In this document: piece by piece, positions 53,003 through 64,000 of the stretch
How positions within the stretch are numbered: position 1 is the stretch's first letter
How the letters are laid out: every line of letters begins with the position of its first letter
Source of the DNA: Haliotis rufescens
Lineage: Eukaryota
Direction of reading: 5' to 3'
Assembly: GCF_023055435.1 (NCBI RefSeq)
Contig: NW_025963879.1
Coordinates: 14,446,001-14,510,000, forward strand
DNA length: 64,000 nucleotides
The notes under the pieces: generated by a model
The model's input: only the letters and a program-made list of their open reading frames with translations
Database searches by the model: none
What the model was told of the DNA's origin: nothing
Program-made: the position numbers and the translations under genes

Positions 53003-54246
53003 AAGGATAATATTATGGGCCAATCTCAAGTTCACTGGAGATGTTTCAGCATCAAGAAAACAAAGAAGGCTATCAAAGAGAAAGATGACATGCCACATTT
53101 TTACTTTCAACACAGATCATGTCTTTCAAACAAGAAACCAATTCAGCAACATAAATAGCTCCATTATAAGCTGCCTTCTCCCCAGATAAATAGCTTGCCA
53201 GTTGAAGTGGGTCCTGATCAAGACAGGATTAATTAATGAAGACAGGCTGACTTGCGTGATCCAGGGATAATCAGAAACAATTAATCTAGGCGCTGGGAGT
53301 GAGATAGCCCATTTCCAAGACAGCAAACATGGCTAAGGCAGCGGTCATTGGGATTGTATTTTGTATTTGACAGACACGATATTACTGCAAACACTCAGAC
53401 CATGGTGGAGCTGGGTCGGTGAAATAAAATACATTCCTTTCAGACCTGTTCGCATGTTCCTATCTAATCAAAGAAAGTTTTGACTTTTTGACATGAAAGT
53501 TGACGTGAAGAAATATTGTTGAGTTTGGAGAATTTTGGGGCAACTTGCCAACTGATCAAAATGCACAATCATTGCAAATTGTGATTGTATCTTGTCGCTA
53601 GTGTGATGATGTCAAATGATGATAGCATACTCTCCGTACTGGGGTTATAGGAATCAATAACAAGTGCAAGAGCTGTGAGGATTAACGACTTGGGATGATA
53701 ATATATCAAATGGAGGCTGCCACACAGGTTACAAGAAACCGGATCAATTTAAGGTATTGGTCTTAAAGAAGATTGTTTTCAAGTTTTCAAACTTTGAAAA
53801 ATGGGGTAGAAACTCGTGATGCTAAAATCACACTGATAGTTTCAAATGCAGAACACGATAAAAGTTGCTCCAGTGCTCTAAAGTTACCAAGTTTTCATTG
53901 TTCACAGGTTTCAATTTCATCTCTGTTGCAGGACTTCCACAATCGATGTTGGCCATCTTTGACAAATGGAAAGTCTATTTCAGGGGCTAGGGTCTTAACT
54001 TTGGAATTCAGTTCACAATGTTGACCATGTTGACAGGGTGTTAACAACTCCTGAGTCCCATGAACTGGTCTTGCTGGCTGGCAGAGTTCAGCTCCTGTAC
54101 CAACAACTGAAGGGACTCAATAGTAAATGAAAAACTTGTTCAGCTGACTTGGCTAAAATGTTGTGTTCACTATATCAACCATTGGTTTTCCTGAACCAGC
54201 CTCAATCTCAGATACAGATCATGTTAACAAATCAGTCACACACAAC

Positions 54247-54484
54247 TTTTGTTTGTTCTTAATGCCATACTTGGCAATATTCCAGCTACATGATGGCAGC
54301 CTGTTTAAAATTGAGTCTGGACCAGACAAACCAATGATTGATGTCATGAACAAAGTCCCTCTTCATCAGTGTATGATAACATACAATCAACCAAGTCACC
54401 GAGTCTGACCACCCAAACCATTATGTCACCTCTAACACCCAACACAGGCTGCTGAAGACCTATTCTAACCTGTAATCCCTAGGG
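54247..54484 (-). mobile_element. SINE family C, degenerate, abutting a poly-G run (54482-54499)
   Basis: caatattccagcta..gagtctggaccagaca..gctgaagacctattctaacc. Confidence 0.8.
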
Positions 54485-55547
54485 GGGGGGGGGGGGGGGT
54501 GTAGAGGTTTGAAGCATAATGGATATAGGCTGTACACAGAGTAGATGAAATTGCATGAACTTGTGGAGGTATAAACATTATGGACAAAAATAAAGTGAAA
54601 ATCTTTCAATCTGAGAAATTTTGATTAGCAAATGTTATGACTACTTTCGTGCAATTATAAAAATGACATGTTCAATGAAAGGTGAGGGATTGAAAAAGTA
54701 CATTAATAAATCACAACCCAAATCCTAAATATAGAATGACATTTTCAGCAAGGAAAGGAATTCAAATCTTGATCATCCATGAATCTTCAGAAATAAATCA
54801 ATACATTTAATCAATCTCAATGCACAACAAAGGAAACACGAAAAGTCTTTTCTCTTGTCGCTCATTTTCCTATTTCACATAAATATAGCCAGATTCATGT
54901 CACGATGACATTAGATGTGGAGGCGCATTGAGGCTTGTGGCAACTCGGATTGATAGGCTCAACAAGTGGTGTGGTTCAATAGCCATGTGATCTATTCTCC
55001 CCATACCCTGCTTCTAAGTGGATTCTCATACTACTGAGTTACAACAGAGGCTGTTTATAATGAAGAAGCCTAACAGTTGCAAATCCTGTACATGTGTTGA
55101 ATCTCTGTTGATTGAGAGGACTTCATTTCATCACTTTCTTCTCTGTTGAGATAATACTAGATTCATACATAGAATTCATTCAGCTTTCAGTATGAACAAG
55201 GGTACTACTGCAAACAAATAAGACATTCATGAACTGATTCCATGTGAATGATTTTTATGATGTAGACAGTGATTTGTGAACATTTTGTGAATAAAATGAA
55301 ACATTATATCTCTAGGCATGACAGTTTTTATTTACCTGGAACATAAACTAAAATGTTGATGAAAACTACCATTACAGAAACAGTACGCAACTATGTTGTA
55401 TTACTGATAACTGACAGCTTTGTGTTGCTAGTTGTTATTAATGATAACTAAAGCTATGAGTTGCTATGTTGTATTACTGATAACCATGATAACTGACAGC
55501 AATGTATTATGTTGTACTTTGACAGCAGTGGGTTACAATGTTACATT

Positions 55548-55769
55548 CTTGCCGTAAATGGTGACTTTGCTTGTGGTAAGAGGCGACTAACGGGATTGGG
55601 TAGTCCAGGCTCGCTGACTTGATTGATGCATGTCATCGTATCCCAATTGCGTGGATCAATGCTTATGATGTCAATCACTGGATTGTCTGGTCCAGATTCG
55701 ATTTTTTACAGACTGCCGTCATATAGCTGGAATATTGCTGAGTGTGGGGTTAAACAACAACAAAACAAA
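55548..55769 (+). mobile_element. 5'-truncated SINE family C inserted in a degenerate tandem repeat (55370-55810)
   Basis: Imperfect TSD ACAATGTTACATT / ACAATATTATATT at 55535-55547 and 55770-55782. Confidence 0.88.
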
Positions 55770-56073
55770 ACAATATTATATTACTGACATCTATGGGTAA
55801 CTATGTTACAGGCACTGTCTGTGGCAGTCACATGCTCTCACACATGCGCTATTATCACCATCTGTTATTCCCCATGCCTTACACACGATGATATTGAGCT
55901 GCAACATGCCAGCTGGGAGATATACTTGACATACTCTTCCAGTGGGAGGTGGTATAAAGTATTTATCTTGTTTAAGTGCAGTAATCTACAGTTATAAATC
56001 CCACTGATCATAATCATCATCATCACCAAAACCATCATCATCATCATCATCAATCATCAATCATCACCATAAG

Positions 56074-56303
56074 CTTTGTTTAATGCCACACAGCAATATT
56101 TCAGCTATAAGCATGATAAGAGAACAGTCTGTAAATTATTGACTCTAACTCAAATAATCCAAAGATTGATATTATGAGCAACGATCCATGCTGTTGGTGT
56201 ACAATAACACACTATCAACCAAGTCAAAGAGCCTGATCACCTGATCCATCAACATAAAACCAGTTGCTGTGGACCCATTCTACCCCCGAATCCCCACAGG
56301 GTT
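56074..56303 (-). mobile_element. SINE family C, variant head
   Basis: Minus strand ACCCTGTGGGGATTCGGGGGTAGAATGGGTCCACAGCAAC. Confidence 0.72.
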
Positions 56304-57688
56304 CACCAGAAGAAGCATAACCGGGTACTGGTACTACATGTGTACGATGCTGGCATCAAGTACACCACGTACTACACCACGTACACTCAGCAAATGACTA
56401 CAATGAAATGCTATATCAACAACCTTGCAGTCGTCATCACATATCCTGCCTGACAGAAGTTTGATAAACTTTCCTAAAATATATTCCATGACAGATTGAT
56501 TTTGTTAATTTTTAGACACTAAAATATGATTTCACTTTCAGATTTGTCATCAATTTGAACTTCCCACATACCAGTTCTATTCAGAAAGCTTTCTACCATA
56601 TTATCTTGCGTCTAGACGAGACACAATTGTATTTCAGCTATAATACCAGCAGCACTGTCTGCTCCCCATTAACCCTGAAATGTCAACATGTCACTTGGTG
56701 TTAAATCAGCACAACTGAAATTGATTTGCATCTGAGGAGATGTCAAGGGTTACTTGGAGGACCTGGAATAGAAATGTGCATTGGAATTGTCTTTGATCTT
56801 GGCGCAACACCATGAGAGGTGGATGTGCAGACGTTCTGTGTAGGTGTTCCTGGCAGCTGTCACATGACCGGCCCATGATTAGACTATCATAACCTGTCAG
56901 TACCATATGTCTGTAGATATGAATATGAAAACATGAAAAAACTATACCTCATGCATAGTCTGAAAACCTTGAACTTGGTGCAGGGTTACAAATCTTTCCA
57001 TGAAAATTCACTATTCAGTTCCTTGGGGTTGGTGTAAGTAAGATGGGTTTTATGCCTGTTTTATTAACATCACAATCATGACGTTACAAGATAAAGGGAC
57101 ATTTATTACTATTTATTTTATATTTAGGGACTGTATTCCTTTATGAGGTACCAACCCTGGTCAGTTGAATGTGGATCAGAATGAACCACTGTGTCACCCT
57201 GATGATCGCAACCGGAAGTTAAGGGAGTTAACTCTGCTGGCTTAACCTTGGCACACTTGCACAAAACAATCTTTGCCCCATTGTCTATTGTAGTTTTAGT
57301 TACCATAGACTTCTGAGAATCACAGCAGCACTTCTAGCAACTGGCCTCTGATTATAGACCTAAAGAAAGGCAAGGATTTTACCTATACAGTCAAGGGGAG
57401 ATAACTCTGCTGAGAACGATTACATATAACTTTATCCAACATCTGAAGCTCCTTCCCAGATTGGTAGAAATTAAAGCAGTGAGTATGTTGAATATATCAT
57501 TCTAATTAGTTTATCATTCTAATTGAAATGCAAAATATGGCAAAAAATCCAGACTGTATGAACCTTACGCTAACATATTTCCACAACCATTTAGCAATAT
57601 GAAGCAGTGAATTCTAGGTCCTTCAAGTGAAACAAAAATCTTGAGAAGATCTTGTCAAGTCAAGTCATGTGTTCTTGTCTCGTATCCT

Positions 57689-57845
57689 GGGACAGCAAGG
57701 GTAGCCTAGCAGTTTTGCTCTTCACACCTGAGGTCTGAGTTTCATTCTCCTTTGGGGACACTGTTTGAAGCCCATTCTTGATGTTCCTCGTCGTCATATG
57801 GTTGGAAGAAAGCTAAAAGTGATGTAAAAAACAACTCACTCCCTT
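57689..57845 (+). mobile_element. SINE family A, degenerate
   Basis: gggtagcctagc..tgaagcccatt..gctaaaagtgatgtaaaa..actcactc. Confidence 0.7.
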
Positions 57846-58155
57846 ACTGATTGATCTCATATCCTGAAAGAAGTTCACATTTATTGACTGAATTCATCCT
57901 GAATTAAACAATATACTTTTTAGGCTGCACCTTCAGATAAGAATTTTGTTTGACAACCTTTACCAAAATATTCATCATATAGCTATCTTCATACTGCCAT
58001 GATATATGTGAATATTCCTCACCACAGCTGTTCATGACAGGTGACATTAATTGGTTGAGATCATCTGTTGTGACAATGTGGGAGATGCAGATCATATCAG
58101 CTCATTTAATCCATACACCAGGCAAAAGAACATCAACCATGTATGCTGCACTAAA

Positions 58156-59122
58156 TTATACCCTGCCACGAAGTGGAAGGGGGATATAAGAATGGTTGCT
58201 GTCGTCCATCTGTCACGTTTCTTTTCCAGAGCAGAACTAAAAAATCATGAGAGATATCTTTACCAAACTTGGCATGTAGTGGTTTACTTGTGCCTTTAGA
58301 TAGTTTGGCATTTTCGACAAATTTATTTTTCAAGTTTCCATGGCAACGACTTTTACTGAGAGAGTCTTAGACCATCTATGTAGGATGTTTAGTACATGGT
58401 GCCTTAAGTCAGGCAATTTTAAGGAACCATACATATACCCAGACATTTTGAAAATTATATGAATTTTTATGTTACTACAAACATACTGCTCCATATTAAA
58501 CTGCTTGTGTCAGTCATGACACTAATCAGGGCATAGGCCCTGACAATCTCTTCTTCCCGAGGCAAAAGAGAGTTAACTGGCTATAAAAGTCCAGGTTCCA
58601 CCCTTACCGAACTAGACTGGAATTACTGGGCTCGATCGTAGCAACACCAATGGCTATTACCAGAAATGTCCCCGCTAAGCATCTCCTATGGACCAATCAG
58701 ATTCCACCTGTCGTATCACTTGCCTTTGTTTCACACAAAACGGTGGCCCCCAGTCAGGACGATCTGTTTCGATAATCAAGATCTATATTGTGATAAAACG
58801 GGTCTTACATCGCGATATGCATCAAATCACGTGAGCACCTTGATTAAAAACATGAAACGATTTGGAAAATATCTTCTGACAACTAGTTGGCGGTGCACAT
58901 GCTTTGCAAATCCTGCAATCGATCAAAATCTGCATGACAGTTTACGAACCTGATTTCGATTTCGGTGCGCGATTTTGATTGGACTATGCATAGACACGTT
59001 AGTCCAGTCAAAAGGTAACTCCATCATACCAGCCTAGTTCGGCAAGGGTGGAAACTGGACTTTTATAGCCAGTTAACTCTCTTGCCTCGGGAAGATGTGA
59101 CAATCTGTGAAACAGGGAGTTT
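58156..59122 (+). mobile_element. Helentron-associated (HINE/DINE-1-like) non-autonomous element
   Basis: TTATACCCTG subterminal IR, hairpin CCCTGCCAC-GAA-GTGGAAGGG, GTCC/GTCT-like segment, AAACTTGGCATG core; 3' subterminal IR CAGGGCATAG (58527-58536); CCCTG..CAGGG 3' hairpin split by the MITE. Confidence 0.6.
58550..59097. mobile_element. MITE with ~70-bp TIRs and a 9-bp TSD (Mutator-like by TSD length)
   Basis: TIR C(A/T)TCTTCCCGAGGCAAGAGAGTTAACTGGCTATAAAAGTCCAG...; TSD TGACAATCT at 58541-58549 and 59098-59106. Confidence 0.9.
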
Positions 59123-59802
59123 GGCCTGAGGGTACGAAAAGTATACCAGAAACACCAACAAATTATACAAAAGAGTAGATATATGTTTAGTTCTAATTTT
59201 GATTTAGGTATTCCATATACAATCATTTTTCCTTTGATTGGTTTAATTATTTCTTCCAAATCAATAGGGTAAACATGGTAAACATGGTAAATGGTCAAAT
59301 AAACATAATGAAAAATTGAGAAAACATGATCTGTTTAAAAGTTATCTCTGAAAGGTATCGTTGTCAAAAAGAAAGAAAGAAAATGTTACCTACATTCTCC
59401 AATTGATCAACGCTGAAGGTTTTTTTCTGTAATGAAGTGACCTATCAGACTTCGCGTGAAGATAAAGACTGTTCTAAATTTTTAGACCACAACAGAAATA
59501 ACTGTAAAACTTTCATCCAAATTGGTTAAAAAGGTGAGGCGGTATTTTATTTGCTATATTTCTGTTTTAACAAACTGTGCAAGGCAACTGTGTACCTTTA
59601 CTGTCAACAGATGTGATTCACATGAACTGAACTGCAGCACAGTGTATTTACAGGTAAAGAGAGAAAGGATCTGTGATTGTCTACTTCTGCAGGTTCATGA
59701 GGACAATTTAATGATGTGAGGATGGTGTTTGGTGGGAGGCAGGTGGGGTTGAAGTCGAATGATTAAGTTATTGTGGCCTTCTTCCACAATGTTGCCCCAT
59801 TA

Positions 59803-60313
59803 CATCTTCCTGAGGCAAAGGCGTTAACTGACTATAAAAGTCCAGTTTCCACACTTGCCAAACTAGGTTGGAATTTTGGACTAATGAGTCTATGGATTGT
59901 CCAATCAAAATCATGCAGCGAACTAGACATCCAGTTCGTAAACAACATGGTTTCAACGTGCTGATTTCAGTGGACTGCAGGATTTGCAAAGGATGTGTAC
60001 CATCACCTGGGCATCGACAGATATTTTGCAAATCTTTATATGTTATTAATAAAGGTGCTCAAGTGATTTGATGCCCATTCTATTACAATATAGATCTTGA
60101 TCATCAATCAGATCGTCTTGACTGGGTGCCACCATTTTGTTTGAAGCAAATGCAAGTGATATGAGAGATGGAATCTGATTGGTCCATAGGAAGGATATAG
60201 AAGCCAAGAAGGGACATAACTTGTAATAGCCACTGGAAATTCCAGCCTAGTTCGGCAAGATTGGAAAACTGGACTTTTATAGATGAAGTTAATGCCCTTG
60301 CCTCGGGAAGATG
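59803..60313. mobile_element. Second, inverted and more diverged copy of the same MITE
   Basis: Same TIRs; interior is the reverse complement of 58620-59010; flanking 9-mers match at only 5/9. Confidence 0.88.
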
Positions 60314-60859
60314 GATCCAGTGAAACTTCTAGACATCAAATGATGCTACTTAGTAGATTAAACTGCACTGAACACCTGTTCACTCTACTGGAAACATAAG
60401 TGTGTTACCCACAGAATTAACTCTAAACACCTGCCTAGATTCTCTGTATTGCAGTTTTCCAACAATATAATCAATGCAATTGAAGATCCATTATTATCAT
60501 ATTTGGGTATTACGTATGATGTTGGGTTATTGTCCCTTAGGGAGCTGAGAATGAGAACTGAGTGTACACTGATCCATTGACTGGGGTAAATATTCCATAA
60601 CACCATGAGCATTCACTTGGTGAATGGAATCTGGCTCAATATAAATGGGCTTATTACCATTATCTAAAGCTCATTACAAGCCTGTACAGTGAATTACTTG
60701 TGCATCCAACCCACTTATTCACTTATTTTGTTCAGTGCTACCTGATTAACATGTTATCCTTCATTTTATGTCAGTGGTTGAGTGATTTTGTGCTTAACAT
60801 GACTTTGAACTATACACATGGATATGAAAAGCTCCTTTCTAGAAAGTGATCAGCAAACT

Positions 60860-61592
60860 GCCCCTTCCCTCTCTGGTCATAGCAACAGTAGTGACACGCC
60901 CCCTTTCCTCTCAGGTCACAACAACAGTAGCAGTATGCCCCCTCCCCTCTCTGGTCACAGCAACAGTAGCAGCACACCCCCTCCCCTCTTTGATCACAGC
61001 AACAGTAGCGACACGCCCCCTTCCCTCTCTGGTCACAGCAACAGTGGCAGCATGCCAACTCCCCTCTCAGAACACAAGCGACACGACCCCTTCCTTCTCA
61101 GGAAACAGCAACAGTAGCAGCATGCCCTCAACCCTCCGCCCCCTCCCCGGACACAGCAACAGTAGCAGCACGCCCCCTCCCCTCTCCAGTCACAGCAACA
61201 GTAGCAGCACGCCACCTCCCCTCTCCAGTCACAGCAACAGTAGCAGCACGCCCCCTTCCCTCTCCGGACACAGCAACAGTAGCAGCACGCCCCCAACCCC
61301 TCTCAGAACACAAGCGACACGACCCCTCCCCTCCCCGGACACAGCAACAGTAGCAGTATGCCACCTCCCCTCTCCAGTCACACCAACAGTAGCAGCACGC
61401 CACCTCCCCTCTCCAGTCACAGCAACAGTAGCAGCACGCCCCCTCCCCTCTCCAGTCACAGCAACAGTAGCAGCACGCTACCTCCCCTTTCCAGTCACAG
61501 CAACAGTAGCAGCACGCCCCCTCCCCTCTCCAGTCACAGCAACAGTAGCAGCACATCCCCTCCCCTCTCCGGACACAGCAACAGTAGCAGCA
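60860..61592. repeat. 39-bp minisatellite, ~18 copies
   Basis: Unit CCCCTCCCCTCTCCAGTCACAGCAACAGTAGCAGCACGC. Confidence 0.93.
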
Positions 61593-62079
61593 TGTTGAGC
61601 AGCTACTGAATGAAAATTCAGTCCATCCATAACATCCATATGTGTGGACATGCCAGGTAAACAGTGCCTGCTGGCTGGCAACATCAGCAGTATTTGATGT
61701 GCTTGACACTGAAACCCAGGCTGTTGTATCTGGCGCTGTGCTGCAGCTACACTATCAAAACCCTGCATACTGCATGAGCTGGCATCATGTGCTGTGTGAC
61801 TGCTGACTCCAGTAATCAGGAGAAACACTGTTAAGGTTAAATGAGGAACTAATCTCTGCAATCTGGCATCTGCATTGTGTCAAGACAAACGCTGATTTCA
61901 TGAGACTGTCTGATTAGTGTTACATGCCAGTTACAGTGCATCTTATTGGGTGAAATATGGAGCATTCCACATTCATTTTTGGAAACTTGTCTCCAGGCCT
62001 TAAAAGCGTCTTATGAACATGATGAAAGGCTCGGTTTAAAGTACACTTCCCCATGGTAAGCAAACTGACCAATACTGTA

Positions 62080-62290
62080 GGCTGCCTCATAATGAACTAG
62101 GTTGCCCCATGCTGACGTAGGTTGCCCCATGATGCTCAAGGTTGCCCCAATATCTACAGGATTCCCCGATGGATGCAGCTGACCCATGATGAAACAGGTT
62201 GCACCATGATGATCAAGGTTGCCCCATAATCTACAGGATTACCCGATGGATGCAGCTGACCCATGATGAATCAGGTTGCCCTATCATGAA
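62080..62290. repeat. ~20-bp repeats with a superimposed 77-bp duplication
   Basis: GGTTGCCCCATGATG units; the block at 62136 is repeated at 62213. Confidence 0.85.
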
Positions 62291-63165
62291 CAAGTATGAT
62301 CAATTGTTAAGTGAAACAAATTATGAGCTTCAACTTTGCCATGAAAGTCCTTATTGTATAGCTCAAAACACCTGGCTCATCATTTGAATTACACGCATTA
62401 CCTGAGGTATACAAATTCAAAATTCAAGATAAATAGCAAACACAATTCAGTTAAAATTGTAAGCACAGTTCAATTAACAAGCCTCCTCCTTATGCTGCAG
62501 TTGATAAGCATCATGAGATAACTGGATGAGTGTGTTTACTCCCAACTTTCAAGATCCTTACTTAAAATGGTTAATGTTAAATGTGTCACATACAGATCTT
62601 TCTCTGGTAACTTGTGGCAGCTCATACATATTGCTGTCAGATCGGAAGTATTGTGCTATTAAAATTCAACATTCTGGCTCAGCTTATCAATGACTTTCCA
62701 GACCATCATTTATCAGGCATGTGTGTTCAACCCTGATGTCAAATGTAGAGTAGGCAGGACAGTATGACATGGTATTTTACAAATGACAGGTCAATGTTGA
62801 AGAAAGCCATGTGGTCTCATGTGGTGTTACAGAAGACTTAATGTTTCAAATAGATTTGCATGTTTTAGGAGCTAGGTTCTGGAAGTAAAAGACAAGAAAG
62901 GAAAAACATAACTAAAATGGTCTACTTTTTCTTCTTGTCATGCCTTTAGGCCTTGAAATATCTGAACGAATCACATGCTCAGCTGCTGGAAAACAAGAAC
63001 TATCTTTGCTTGGTTCTATTTGAGGATATAAATGAGAACTATGATGTTTATTTATATAACCCACCTTGTGACATATCTCATACATATGTCATAAAGTACT
63101 CTAAAGTGAAACGGAGATATAATGTGTTGACTTAATGTCGCTGTGAGCCTGCTATAACAGCTATA

Positions 63166-63400
63166 TTTGTTTGTTTGTTGTTCAGCAATATTCCAGCTAT
63201 ATGACGGCGGTCTGTAAATAATCAATTCTGGACCAGGCAATCCAGTGATTGACATCATGAGCATCAATCTATGCCATTGGGATACGATAACATGCATCAA
63301 CCAAGTCAGCAAGCCTGACCACTTGATCCCGTTCTAGTTGCCTCCTACGACGATCATGGATTGCTGAAAGACCAATTCAAACCTGGAATCTGCACAGGAC
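63166..63400 (-). mobile_element. SINE family C (single hairpin module); followed by an older degenerate C copy at ~63410-63826
   Basis: Matches the family C consensus. Confidence 0.88.
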
Positions 63401-63631
63401 TATCTCAGTTATAAAGTGAGTGAACGTTCTTTTCACATACCACTGTCGCCTTATAGGATTGATTCTGGACTGGGCAAACCACAGGTTAACAGCATGAACA
63501 ACGATCCCCGCCAGAGGGACATGAAGACACATCAACCAGATCACATCATGTAGACATCCGATCCTCAATCATGTCAATCATCGGCTCTGACGACAAGCCC
63601 TGGTAATGGGGACCAACTCTGTTTATCAAGT

Positions 63632-63795
63632 GAGTGAGTGAGTATGGTTTTACGCCGCTTTTAGCAATATTCCAGCAATATCACGACAGGGGATACCAGA
63701 AATGGGCTTCACATATTGTACCCGTGTCGGGAATCGAACCCGAGCCTTCGGCGTGACGAGCGAACACTTTAACCACTAGGCTACCCGACCGCCCC
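63632..63795 (-). mobile_element. SINE family A, full length and CpG-rich (young)
   Basis: TSD CT(G/A)TTTATCAAGT at 63619-63631 and 63796-63808. Confidence 0.94.
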
Positions 63796-64000
63796 CTATT
63801 TATCAAGTAAACAGAGCTCAATGGGTATTGGTTGGTCATAATGGCTACTGTTATCACAATGATAACTTCTGTTGTGACCTGTCTGAGTTTTTCATGGCTG
63901 TATCTTCCTGGTATATGACAAGGATTTGCTTAATTCAATTTAATTTTTCAATTCATTCAGAACAACACATCAGCCAGTGTCCTATACTGACTCAAACAAA

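Noticed and set aside
60810-61861. Mucin-like Pro/Ser/Thr ORFs and metallothionein-like Cys-rich ORFs
   Set aside because: Translations of the 39-bp repeat on both strands, with frameshifting indels between units and no clear exon boundaries.
63720-63795. tRNA-Asp or tRNA-Leu genes (here and in other family A/B heads)
   Set aside because: No proper acceptor stem; the sequence runs into a SINE body and tail and is flanked by TSDs.

Overview
AT-rich eukaryotic genomic DNA, not prokaryotic: no operons, rRNA, intact tRNA or CRISPR, and one 131-bp N gap. The repeat complement (Meta/MESC-type SINE, Helentron-type element, (GAGT)n-tailed SINEs) points to a mollusc, possibly a gastropod such as abalone; this is an inference. 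The window is almost entirely non-coding and probably mostly intronic. Two candidate minus-strand exons (31933-31804 and 41-1) would bracket an intron of about 31.8 kb. It holds more than 40 short retroposon copies from at least six families, labelled A-F here. Five of the six share one LINE-type 3' tail and many keep 9-14 bp target-site duplications (TSDs). It also holds hAT-, Tc1/pogo- and Mutator-like MITEs, a Helentron-type element, a Crypton (tyrosine recombinase) relic inside a LINE relic, and several minisatellites that account for all the long ORFs. Main points of interest: (1) family C has no tRNA promoter and instead starts at a fixed 5' end with a covarying pseudoknot, a candidate ribozyme or structured RNA head; (2) (GAGT)n-tailed SINEs show a strong orientation bias, possibly because the antisense tail is an array of GTGAGT splice donors; (3) the family B head looks like an intron-retaining tRNA-Leu; (4) a perfect 44-bp palindrome sits at the Crypton end.
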